Shown one piece after another: positions 30,695-40,066 of a stretch of DNA of 64,000 bases. The stretch spans positions 480,001 to 544,000 of the forward strand of contig OY771587.1 in the NCBI GenBank assembly GCA_963674825.1. Reading direction: 5' to 3'. Position numbers and translations under genes: made by a program. Position 1 is the first letter of the stretch. The number at the start of each line of letters is the position of its first letter. Source of the DNA: Candidatus Cloacimonadales bacterium. GTDB lineage: Bacteria > Cloacimonadota > Cloacimonadia > Cloacimonadales > JAIOQZ01. The notes under the pieces were generated by a model that saw nothing but the letters and a program-made list of their open reading frames with translations, did no database searches and was not told the DNA's origin.

Positions 30695-33118
30695 TCAGAA
30701 CCCGATCTTGATTCCCGCCAGGAAGGTCCTTCCCCACTGATACACTGTCTCACGTTCGTGTTCGCCAGTATCTTTGTCCACGATGAAGTTATAATCCCAC
30801 ACATTCTGCGTATCGAATATGTTATCCACTTCCACATAATACTCGATTGTCACACTGTCCATAAGCCAGTGGTGATGCAAATGAAGGTCGAGCCTTTTAT
30901 AATCGGGAAGCCGCTTATTATTTATCGGTGTATCCTGATCTAAATACCATTTTCGAGATGTCTCGGAGAACGTCATCTCCGTGTAAGGCCTGCCACCCAT
31001 GTAACGGAATTTAAGCGAAATCTCAGCCTGATCGGATGGCACAATCCCCAAGAATCCCATGCAGAAAAGCCAGTCGCGGTTTTGAATATACCAGTCGTAT
31101 TGAAGGAAATCGAACTGGTATCCCAGAACGATCGAGAAGACATTTCGGTAATCGAATTCGAAGGGTACGCGCTTATCAGCGTATCTGTAGTCTTTCATGT
31201 AAGCTCTGGAAAGCGAGTATGCAACCGTTCCGAACCAGTTGTTCTGGAGCTTCTTCTGGAGGAAGGCCTCGATACCATAGCTCCACGATTCGCCGCTATT
31301 GAGCGTCCTGCTCGACCAGTCGAGCGTATCCACCGTTGCGTCATGTTCGCGCACAAACATATCGCCGTATTCCTTATAATAGGTCTCAATCCGGAACATG
31401 GCCGCTTCGGAAAGCAGAGCATCCCATCCCAAAACCAGGTGATCTGCGTATTTAGACTTCAGATCCTTGTTACGATCGTCGTACGAGAGCGTTAGGTTAT
31501 CGACCTTCTGGTAGTAGCGACCAAAGCCGAAGCGAAGATTGGAGAACTTTGTGATGCGGTATTTGGCACCAAAGGTAGGTGCGATCGTGGTTTCATCCGT
31601 ATAATCGAAGTAATCCACGCGACCACCGGCCGTGACATTCAGCTTGCCGAAGTTCTTATCCCATTGCAGATAAGCGCCAAGTTGAAGCGTCTGGAAGTCT
31701 TTCCGACTCCAGTCGATATCCCCTTGCCCGAATCCGTCCACACCGAGCGTATCAATGATTTCACCAGTTTCGGTGTCGTAAACAAAGGTTGTATCTGGCC
31801 GGAAATAGAGGTCTGAATCAATATAATCGTATACAATGGAGATTCCCGGCTCGAGCTTCCCGATGTCTGTCTCCGGCAGGAAGTGAGAATACTTGAATCC
31901 AAGCCTGTTTTCATCCGCGATGTATTCGGTCGAGAGGTGTTCGTCGTTCTTCTCACCTTCGATGTAAGTTTGCAGATCCCACCAGCGATGGCTGTTATAG
32001 ATTGTATAGACCGAATAATGGCCGTCGTACACCTTTTTGTAGGTTGCTCCAAACATGTATTGGCCTGACTTCAGATAGACATCTTCCCCATCGGCGCTGG
32101 ACGTGAACCCGGATGAATCCTCGTGCGCAACTTCCGCTTTGTTTTCCGCCCAGAGCTGCGTGAAGGTAAGTTTGTCGGTCGGCGTGACACGTACAGTCTC
32201 TTTCGCGTAAATTGACTGGTAGTCTGGATCAGCGTTGAGTCCGATCTCATCCGCAATCAGGTTCAGAAAACCGTGGTGATAAAATGCCAGGAAGGAACTC
32301 TTATCCGTAATAGGGCCTTCCACATGGCCACCGTAGCCGGTCAGGCTTGCATCGAGCGCTACCTGGTATTCTTTCTCGTTGCCGTCCCGGGTCTTGAGAT
32401 CGAGAACGGAAGAAGCCTTGTTACCGTAACGTGATGGGAACGCGCCGCTATAGAGGGTCAGTTCTTTAACCATCTCCGGTGTGATAAGGCTAATGGGACC
32501 GCCACCATAGTTGGGAAAAGCAAAGTGATTCGGATTCTGGAGTTCGATATTGTCGAGAATGAAGAGGTTTTCGCCGTAATTTGCACCACGAATCATGATT
32601 TCATTCATAGCGTCGGAACCGGAAACAACCGAAGGTGTCACCTGCACGGCACGCTGGATGTCGTAAGCTCCAGCAGGTTGAGTACGAATCTCCTCAATAT
32701 CGAGCGTCTTGGTGCTGACGGGAGCGTCCTCGGGCTCGCGGAAATATGTTTCACCCGTTACGGTATATTTTTCCATCTTGAGAACCTGAACCTTCATCTC
32801 CACGTTCAGCGTGATCGTCGTATTGGCTTGAACCATGACGTTGATCTTAGTTCGCGGTTCGTATCCTACACGGCGGTAGCTGACCTTATGGACGCCCGTC
32901 GGGATGTTTTGTATCAGGTACTCACCTTGCGGATTAGAATATCCCCAAGCACTGTCGTCGATATAAATCGCGACTTGTTCGATTGGTTTCGAGGTATCTT
33001 CATCTTTGATTCTTCCGGCGATATGCCCCGTTTGCTCACGCGCAAAAAGCGTAAAGAACAGAATATACAGCACAAGTGCGAACAGCGTTCCTTTTTTGGT
33101 TCCCAATATCTTCTCCAT
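30695..33118 (-). CDS. TonB-dependent receptor with N-terminal carboxypeptidase-regulatory-like domain
   Basis: N-terminal Ig-like domain, plug (IMIRG...ENLFILDNI...NPNHF, GAFPSRYG), beta-barrel ending in C-terminal Phe. Confidence 0.9.
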   Translation of the reverse strand: MEKILGTKKGTLFALVLYILFFTLFAREQTGHIAGRIKDEDTSKPIEQVAIYIDDSAWGYSNPQGEYLIQNIPTGVHKVSYRRVGYEPRTKINVMVQANTTITLNVEMKVQVLKMEKYTVTGETYFREPEDAPVSTKTLDIEEIRTQPAGAYDIQRAVQVTPSVVSGSDAMNEIMIRGANYGENLFILDNIELQNPNHFAFPNYGGGPISLITPEMVKELTLYSGAFPSRYGNKASSVLDLKTRDGNEKEYQVALDASLTGYGGHVEGPITDKSSFLAFYHHGFLNLIADEIGLNADPDYQSIYAKETVRVTPTDKLTFTQLWAENKAEVAHEDSSGFTSSADGEDVYLKSGQYMFGATYKKVYDGHYSVYTIYNSHRWWDLQTYIEGEKNDEHLSTEYIADENRLGFKYSHFLPETDIGKLEPGISIVYDYIDSDLYFRPDTTFVYDTETGEIIDTLGVDGFGQGDIDWSRKDFQTLQLGAYLQWDKNFGKLNVTAGGRVDYFDYTDETTIAPTFGAKYRITKFSNLRFGFGRYYQKVDNLTLSYDDRNKDLKSKYADHLVLGWDALLSEAAMFRIETYYKEYGDMFVREHDATVDTLDWSSRTLNSGESWSYGIEAFLQKKLQNNWFGTVAYSLSRAYMKDYRYADKRVPFEFDYRNVFSIVLGYQFDFLQYDWYIQNRDWLFCMGFLGIVPSDQAEISLKFRYMGGRPYTEMTFSETSRKWYLDQDTPINNKRLPDYKRLDLHLHHHWLMDSVTIEYYVEVDNIFDTQNVWDYNFIVDKDTGEHERETVYQWGRTFLAGIKIGF

Positions 33119-33353
33119 ATTCACTGTTTATAACGTATTTTGAGTTTCTCATTCACTGGGTTCACGTTAGGAAATTTGTTCAAGGTTCCCCGGTCAAGAA
33201 AAAAAGCGATAGAAAAAAGCATGATTCAAGAAAAAGTATAGAAAACAAAAATTTGTTCTTGCCATGCTGCCTCGATTGGAATCTAACTTGTATGATTAAT
33301 CCCCTTATCGCATGGCATACGTAGAATTGAAATAAACTAACAAGGAGTAATTT

Positions 33354-36300
33354 GTGAAAAAAACGGTACTGATCCCCATTCTTCTAGCGCTTTCGATTGT
33401 GATGCTGTTTTCTCTCGACAGTCAGAACCTCACCACCGAAGACGTATTCAGCTACAGCGCTACCAGCTCCGGTAACGTCGAAATGCAGTTCTCCACACCT
33501 GGAATGTCCCTGGAATCGTTCGAATCAGAACTGGGAACCTTTTCCAAGGTCAACATCGCAAGTCGCGATATCCCCTTTGTAACCGTGAAAGAAGGCATGC
33601 CAGAGCTGCCTTTCTTCAGCACGATGATCGCAATCCCGAATCACGGCTCTGTCGTTCTCGATCAACTGACTCTCAGCGAAAACCGGATTCCCTCCAATCC
33701 CGTGTATCCCTTCCAGAACACGGAAGAAGAACGCTCTGCCTTGATGGTAAACAACACGTTCTACCAGAGCGGATCAATTTATCCGGCAGAAGCTGTGCAG
33801 GTTGGCGAACCGGTCATCATGCGCAACCTTCGCATGGTTCCTGTGAATGTCTATCCTTATGCTTACGACCCGCAGACTCACGAGCTTGTCGTTCGCGATG
33901 ACATTTCATTCCAGATCAACACGAATAACACACCAGGTGTAAACGAGATTAACACCGACCGTCCGCTTTCGCGCAGTTTCGAGCCAATGTACCGCTCGGT
34001 TATCCTCAACTACGACGACATTCGTGATGAAAACCCCGTATATCAGAGACCTTGCATTTTAATTGTTCAGTGCGATAACTCCGCGGTTGACGATCAGGTT
34101 GCACAGCTTGCCGATTGGAAGCGCACCAAAGGCTTTGAAGTAACTGTTGTCAGCACTTCCGAGACTGGTGTTACTACCAATGGTATCAAGTCGTACATCC
34201 AGACAGCATACGATACATGGGAAAATCCGCCCGAGTACGTGATCCTTATCGGCGATGCCGGCGGTAGCTACGATATTCCCACCTGGAACTCGACAGGCGA
34301 CCACCCCTATACGCAGCTCGATGGCGGTGACATCCTGCCCGAAGTATTTATCGGACGCCTTTCCATCAGCAGCCCAACCGACATGATGACAATCCTCCAG
34401 AAGATCAACCTCTATGAGCGCGACCCTTATCTGGACGACCTGTCCATGTATCATCATTCATTGCTCGTGGGCGACACCAGTCCTTCCGGACTTTCCTGTG
34501 TCCTCACCAACAAGTACAATAAAGAACGGATCCTAACGTATGATCCGACCCATACTTTCACCGAGCTTTATGATAGCCAGCCAAGCCCAAGCCTGATGGA
34601 CAACGCCATCAACGCCGGTTCGCTCTTCTTCTCATACCGTGGTTATATCGGTATGAGCGGCTGGACGACAAGCAATGCCAACAACCTAAGCAATGTGAAC
34701 ATGCTGACCAACGCGGTAATCATCACCTGCGATACAGGCACTTTCGCATCGACCTATGATATCGCGCGTACGGAAGCCATACTCCGCGCCGGAACTCCAA
34801 CTGCGCCCAAAGGCGCTTGCAGCGCGATTGGTATGTCAACTTCCAGCACGCACACGCAGTTCAACAACATCCTGATGGGCGGTATCTTCCACGGCTTGTA
34901 TTCCAACGGAATGCACAACATGGGCCAGGCCATTATGTCCGGTAAGCTATACCTCTATCTCGGTTACGGAAATGTCAGTTCATCTACAGTCCAAAACTTC
35001 ACACAGTGGTGTAATCTGATGGGAGACCCGTCAATGGACATCTGGCATGGCGGACCAATGGAAATGACAGCCACCTACGAAACCTCCGTAGGCAAGGGAC
35101 AGGGCTATATCGATGTCTATGTTTGTGATGACAACAACGAACCACTCGAAGGCGTATGGGTTACCGCTCGCAAAGGCGAGGACGAACTCTTCGGTACCGG
35201 CCTGACTGACGATGCCGGTATGGTTACCGTCTCCTTCGATCCCGATCAGAGTGGCCTGGCAAATCTTACGATCACCAAGCCGGATTATATCCCGATCCTT
35301 GGTAGCTTCACCATCGAAACTACCGGTGGAATCGCTACAACCGATTTTACCGTCGATGACGACGATACAGGCTCTTCCAGCGGTAACAACAACGGAGAAC
35401 CAAACTCCGGTGAAACGATCGAGCTGTTCCTGAACCTGCATAACTACGACAATTCTTCAGCATCCAACGTAACCGCGGAGATTTCCACGGATGATGTATG
35501 GGTCGATGTTACACAGGATACTGATTCTTTCGGCACCATCTCTGTCAATGGTAATGGCGAAGGCCAGGCAGGTTTCGTTGTAGAAATCGCGGCAGACGCA
35601 CCCGACAAACACATCGTTCGTTTCGATCTCTCAATTACAGACGACGGCGGAAATAGCTGGGACAATAGCTTCTGGATGGAGATCAAAGGTAATGACGCCG
35701 ACGTTGAAGCAATACAGTACGTTGATGGCAACGATGGCGAATTGGAACCTGGCGAAACCAGCGACCTGGTCATCACCCTTCGTAACAACGGCGAAACCCT
35801 GCTTCAGGGAGTTTATGGCGCACTCAGAACCAACAGCTATTACCTGCGTGTCGATGACTCTCTTGCATACTTCGGCCCAATCACCCAGAACGGACAGGCA
35901 AGCTGTACAGCCGATCCATTTACCATTACCGGTCTTGGTATCGCGCTGCCAGGTCTCACCGTAAAAGCTCAACTTCGTCTATTCAACGATAACGGGTACG
36001 AGGAATTCGAAGACGTCATCATTCATGTCGGCGAAGCCGGCGCAGGCGACCCGATCGGTCCCGATGAATACGGATACGTCTGCTATGACTCTGAAGACAC
36101 GGACTACACGGATGCTCCTGTTTACGACTGGATCGAGATCGATCCGACTCACGGTGGATCCGGCACAAATACAGGAATTTCAGATAACTACGAAGAAGGC
36201 GACGACCTCGAGTATGTCGATCTGCCATTCACATTCAAATTCTATGGCGAATCTTACAATGAAATCGGTATCTGTTCGAATGGATGGATCACATTCATCG

Positions 36301-38825
36301 AGACCGAGCAGATGACATTCCGTAACTGGTATATCCCCGGTGCTCTCGGACCAGCAGCGATGATCGCGGCATTCTGGGATGAACTCAGAACAGGTAGCGG
36401 CGGAATCTATACATGGTACGACAGCACAAACGACTATTTCGTCATTGAATGGTCTCGCGTACAAAACTGGGTCGGTAGCGCGGAAGAGACTTTTGAAATC
36501 ATCCTCTACAATCCCGAGACCTACATCACACAGTCCTTCGACGGCATGATCAAGATTCAGTACATGACGTTCAACAATACTGACGCGAACCTCGACCCGT
36601 ACAACGAGCAGGGTAACTATTGTACCGTCGGTATCGAAGACCATACCGAATTACGCGGTCTTCAATATACCTATAATAACGAGTATGGCGAATCTGCAAT
36701 GCCACTCGGTGACGAGACTGCGATCCTTTTCACCGGTTTGCCGATGAGTTCGCAGGACAGCTACCTGATCCTCAATAGTGTCTTCCTGCACGATGCAGAC
36801 GGAAGCGGAATGGCGGATGCAGGCGAAAGCGTCGATCTGAGCATCAAGGTCGATAATGTAGGCATGTCTCCCGCAACGGGAACAACCGGTACGATCGTCT
36901 GCGATTCACCGTATATCGATATTACGGACGGTTCATCACCGTATGCAGACATCCCCAGCACCTACAATGGCTTCAACCTCGACCTCTTCAGCTTCGATGT
37001 ACTGCCTTCATGTCCGAATCAGTACGAAGCGCATTTCACTTTACAGCTGAATAACGACGATGGCTACTGGGAATACCCCTTCACGATAATCGTTTACAAA
37101 CCCACCGTCGATATTCTCTCTGCGATCGTGTATGATACTACCGGCAATAACGACGGCGTCTTCGATCCGGGTGAAGAAGGCTACCTCATTATCAACCTCG
37201 AAAACAACACCAACTCGCTCGCTCGCGAAGTATCCGCTGAGTTATCTGTCGATAGCGACCTCATCACCATCGGCGAATCGACAATGGAATTCGGAGATAT
37301 CGGCGCAGGCATGAACATGCAGAAAGCATACCCGATAACCGTGGATGCATCCATCCCCGTAGAATCTATGGTTCTCTTCACGGTGGATGTCGATTTGTAC
37401 GGTGGAACAGGCCAGACATTCGACTTCCAGGCTGGTATCGGTATTTGGGGCGCTCAGTCTGACTTCGAAGAAGACAATTGGAGCTTCACTCCGACCGGTA
37501 GCTGGGAATGGGGTACACCAAGCCTTGGCGCTCATTCGGGCACAAAGGCATGGGCGACTCGCCTTTATGCCAACTACTTCAACAACGCAGACTGGAAGCT
37601 CGATTCAACCGAATTCTATATCGGCCCATGCACAGAGCTCCACTTCTGGCATAAATATCAGACACAGACCGGCTACGACGGTGGCAACGTGAAGATCTCG
37701 ATCGACGGTGGAAACACCTGGAACGTTGTAGAGCCAAACGGCGGGTATCCTACCGCTTCGATCTCGAACGGTACTGCCGGCATCGGTGGAGAACCTGCCT
37801 ATTCCGGTTATCAGAATGAATTCACCGAAGCGGTTTTCGACCTCTCAGCATACAGTGGAAACTACGGTATCCTTCGCTGGCACTTCGGTTCAAACGGCTC
37901 AACTATCGCCTATGGCTGGATCATCGATGACGTTCTGGTCACCGGCAGTCAGGAAAAGGGCGCCGGTATCTCAGGTACTGTGACCCTGAGCGAAAACATG
38001 GCCGATATCGAAGATGTCGCCGTGACAACCGGGCTCTACACGACGCATCCAGACGCAGATGGGAACTACCTGCTCTACGTCTCCGAAAACACCTACGATC
38101 TCCAGGCCAATCTCGAGTACTTCGAAAGTGGCCTGATCGCTGACTTCGAAGCCGTTCCGGGAACTATTTCCACCGGAAATAACATGGTGCTGACATACCT
38201 GCAACCGGTTACGAACGCCGAGTGGTCACAGCTCAACGGTAGCGTTACCCTGACCTGGAACTACGAAGCACCGATACGGCATGAAGCACGCAACCAGAAA
38301 GGCCAGAGAACCACCTCCCGCGAGGAGTTCGAAAGCTTCAAGGTTTATCGTCAGGAAGAGACTGGACCGATGGTACTTGTCGGATCAGATATCACCGACT
38401 ACCAGTTCGTAAATCAGATCGATTCCCTCAAGACCTACACATATCAGGTTGTAGTAGAGTACGATGCCGGCCTCAGCGTACCGGTTGAGGTAGAGGATGT
38501 CTATTGGGATGGCACATTCTTCGGAAACGAGCCGAATGCTCCGTCCTATGTCAACAACCTCGGATCGAATTACCCGAATCCGTTCAATCCCGAAACCCGC
38601 ATCGATTTCAGCCTGAAGAACGCATCTCAGACCACACTCAAGATCTACAACATCAAGGGTCAGCTGGTCAAGACGATGGTCGATGCGAAATTGTCTGAAG
38701 GTGAACACCAGGTTATCTGGCGTGGAATCGATAATCGTAACCAGCCTGTTTCATCCGGTATCTACTTCTACCGGCTCGATACCGATGGTTATTCATCCAC
38801 CCAGAAAATGCTGCTGCTGAAGTAG
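33354..38825 (+). CDS. Peptidase C25 (gingipain-like) multidomain secreted protein with T9SS/FlgD-type C-terminal domain
   Basis: Propeptide (GMPELP), LADWKRTKG, PEYVILIGD, PEVFIGRLS, NLMGDPS; C-terminal NYPNPFNPET...SSGIYFYRL...KMLLLK. Confidence 0.92.
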   Translation: MKKTVLIPILLALSIVMLFSLDSQNLTTEDVFSYSATSSGNVEMQFSTPGMSLESFESELGTFSKVNIASRDIPFVTVKEGMPELPFFSTMIAIPNHGSVVLDQLTLSENRIPSNPVYPFQNTEEERSALMVNNTFYQSGSIYPAEAVQVGEPVIMRNLRMVPVNVYPYAYDPQTHELVVRDDISFQINTNNTPGVNEINTDRPLSRSFEPMYRSVILNYDDIRDENPVYQRPCILIVQCDNSAVDDQVAQLADWKRTKGFEVTVVSTSETGVTTNGIKSYIQTAYDTWENPPEYVILIGDAGGSYDIPTWNSTGDHPYTQLDGGDILPEVFIGRLSISSPTDMMTILQKINLYERDPYLDDLSMYHHSLLVGDTSPSGLSCVLTNKYNKERILTYDPTHTFTELYDSQPSPSLMDNAINAGSLFFSYRGYIGMSGWTTSNANNLSNVNMLTNAVIITCDTGTFASTYDIARTEAILRAGTPTAPKGACSAIGMSTSSTHTQFNNILMGGIFHGLYSNGMHNMGQAIMSGKLYLYLGYGNVSSSTVQNFTQWCNLMGDPSMDIWHGGPMEMTATYETSVGKGQGYIDVYVCDDNNEPLEGVWVTARKGEDELFGTGLTDDAGMVTVSFDPDQSGLANLTITKPDYIPILGSFTIETTGGIATTDFTVDDDDTGSSSGNNNGEPNSGETIELFLNLHNYDNSSASNVTAEISTDDVWVDVTQDTDSFGTISVNGNGEGQAGFVVEIAADAPDKHIVRFDLSITDDGGNSWDNSFWMEIKGNDADVEAIQYVDGNDGELEPGETSDLVITLRNNGETLLQGVYGALRTNSYYLRVDDSLAYFGPITQNGQASCTADPFTITGLGIALPGLTVKAQLRLFNDNGYEEFEDVIIHVGEAGAGDPIGPDEYGYVCYDSEDTDYTDAPVYDWIEIDPTHGGSGTNTGISDNYEEGDDLEYVDLPFTFKFYGESYNEIGICSNGWITFIETEQMTFRNWYIPGALGPAAMIAAFWDELRTGSGGIYTWYDSTNDYFVIEWSRVQNWVGSAEETFEIILYNPETYITQSFDGMIKIQYMTFNNTDANLDPYNEQGNYCTVGIEDHTELRGLQYTYNNEYGESAMPLGDETAILFTGLPMSSQDSYLILNSVFLHDADGSGMADAGESVDLSIKVDNVGMSPATGTTGTIVCDSPYIDITDGSSPYADIPSTYNGFNLDLFSFDVLPSCPNQYEAHFTLQLNNDDGYWEYPFTIIVYKPTVDILSAIVYDTTGNNDGVFDPGEEGYLIINLENNTNSLAREVSAELSVDSDLITIGESTMEFGDIGAGMNMQKAYPITVDASIPVESMVLFTVDVDLYGGTGQTFDFQAGIGIWGAQSDFEEDNWSFTPTGSWEWGTPSLGAHSGTKAWATRLYANYFNNADWKLDSTEFYIGPCTELHFWHKYQTQTGYDGGNVKISIDGGNTWNVVEPNGGYPTASISNGTAGIGGEPAYSGYQNEFTEAVFDLSAYSGNYGILRWHFGSNGSTIAYGWIIDDVLVTGSQEKGAGISGTVTLSENMADIEDVAVTTGLYTTHPDADGNYLLYVSENTYDLQANLEYFESGLIADFEAVPGTISTGNNMVLTYLQPVTNAEWSQLNGSVTLTWNYEAPIRHEARNQKGQRTTSREEFESFKVYRQEETGPMVLVGSDITDYQFVNQIDSLKTYTYQVVVEYDAGLSVPVEVEDVYWDGTFFGNEPNAPSYVNNLGSNYPNPFNPETRIDFSLKNASQTTLKIYNIKGQLVKTMVDAKLSEGEHQVIWRGIDNRNQPVSSGIYFYRLDTDGYSSTQKMLLLK

Positions 38826-38867
38826 GACTACGAGCCTGAGCCTGGAGACAGGTGAAAGCATAATGAG

Positions 38868-38901
38868 AACCGCCCGTCGAATGATGGGCGGTTTTTTTTT
38901 T
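38868..38901 (+). terminator. Intrinsic terminator
   Basis: AACCGCCCGTC-GAAT-GATGGGCGGTT followed by a long T run. Confidence 0.85.
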
Positions 38902-38923
38902 ATTGGCCCAAAGGAGAAGAGAA

Positions 38924-39053
38924 AGGCAGGAACAGGAGCCTGCCCCTACGGTCTGCCCTGGGTACGCGGACGTCCTCGTCCGCATCGCCAAATTCCCTTC
39001 TCTCTTCAACCATCCCGAGTCAATAAATCAACATCCAGAATATGATTTCATGG
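38924..39053. repeat. Composite REP-like element copy 1 (GTAG-type REP, family A REP, conserved tail)
   Basis: Reverse complement GTAGGGGCAGGCTCCTGTTCCTGCCT (38924-49), CTGGGTACGCGGACGTCCTCGTCCGCAT (38958-85), tail ATCAACATCCAGAATATGATTTCATGG. Confidence 0.75.
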
Positions 39054-39067
39054 GATTCCGGATAGAG

Positions 39068-39093
39068 AAAAGGGCAGACTCAGTAGTCTGCCC
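39068..39093 (-). terminator. Terminator after ispF
   Basis: Minus strand GGGCAGACT-ACTG-AGTCTGCCCTTTT. Confidence 0.75.
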
Positions 39094-39113
39094 ATCGTAA
39101 AATGTAAGATTGG

Positions 39114-39593
39114 TTATTCAGCTACAGCAGTAACGATCGCAAACGCCTGAACGCCTTCACCACGACCGAAATCGGTGAGTCCTTCGCCCGTTGTGGCAGT
39201 AATGCCAATATCCTGCGGATCCAGTGGAAGCAGCTCGGAAAGCCTCTTGCGCATCGCGTCCATGAATGGCGTAATCATCGGCCTCTTGCATTCGATACTG
39301 ATGGATAGATGCGTCAGCTTGAAATCACCAAGATACTTAAGCGCTTCTTGAAGATATACCGCACTGTCGTCGATGCCCTCTTCCAGGCATATTCGGTCAC
39401 TTTCCTTACCGATGATATTCACGCCCGTGATACCAGAGATCGCGTTTGTAATCGCGTGCATCACGGCATCAGCGTCGCTGTTGCCTTTAAGCCCGGGAAG
39501 CCCAGGAAATTCGATTCCGCCGAGTATGAATGGCTTGCTATGATCGTCACCCATGCGGTGACTGTCTTGTCCGATACCAGTTTTAATTCTCAT
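39114..39593 (-). CDS. ispF: 2-C-methyl-D-erythritol 2,4-cyclodiphosphate synthase
   Basis: GIGQDSH, SDADAVMHAITNA, ATTGEGLTDFGRGEGV. Confidence 0.93.
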   Translation of the reverse strand: MRIKTGIGQDSHRMGDDHSKPFILGGIEFPGLPGLKGNSDADAVMHAITNAISGITGVNIIGKESDRICLEEGIDDSAVYLQEALKYLGDFKLTHLSISIECKRPMITPFMDAMRKRLSELLPLDPQDIGITATTGEGLTDFGRGEGVQAFAIVTAVAE

Positions 39594-39782
39594 GCGCTGA
39601 AGATTTCATTGGCCCATTCGATTGTCAATATTTATCCAGCGACATGCGGAGAGCAACGCTGGAGCATATCGAAGCACGATACGGCATTTCATGATGCATT
39701 CGGCGTCACTTCGTAGCGCTCGACCTCCTGTGTGTTTGCATACAAACACGAATCCCGAGTGAAACGATAGCGAGCCTGAGGA

Positions 39783-39906
39783 AGCGCTGTTCGGAGATCA
39801 GCGCCTACACCTGGGAACGCGGACGTCCCCGTCCGCATCTTCACTCCCCCCTCTGCTTCTAACATCCACCATCCATGACATCAACATTCAAAAGATGATT
39901 TCATGG
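39783..39906. repeat. Composite REP-like element copy 2
   Basis: Reverse complement GTAGGCGCTGATCTCCGAACAGCGCT (39783-808), CTGGGAACGCGGACGTCCCCGTCCGCAT (39811-38), tail ATCAACATTCAAAAGATGATTTCATGG. Confidence 0.75.
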
Positions 39907-39953
39907 AGGTGCGCACATTAGGATGGGATAAACCATATGATATACTGGGATAG

Positions 39954-39980
39954 AAAAAGGCAGGTCAAATGACCTGCCTT
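39954..39980 (-). terminator. Terminator after the second C25 gene
   Basis: Minus strand AAGGCAGGTCA-TT-TGACCTGCCTTTTT. Confidence 0.75.
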
Positions 39981-40066
39981 CTATTTATTAACGATCCACT
40001 TTCGCTATTTCGCTACGCGAAAGGCTTTCGTTTGATGATTTCGTTTTTGCTTCGCAAAATCCGAAA

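Noticed and set aside
38924..39906. Repeats as a CRISPR array
   Set aside because: Copies are dispersed, not regularly spaced with unique spacers, and there are no cas genes.
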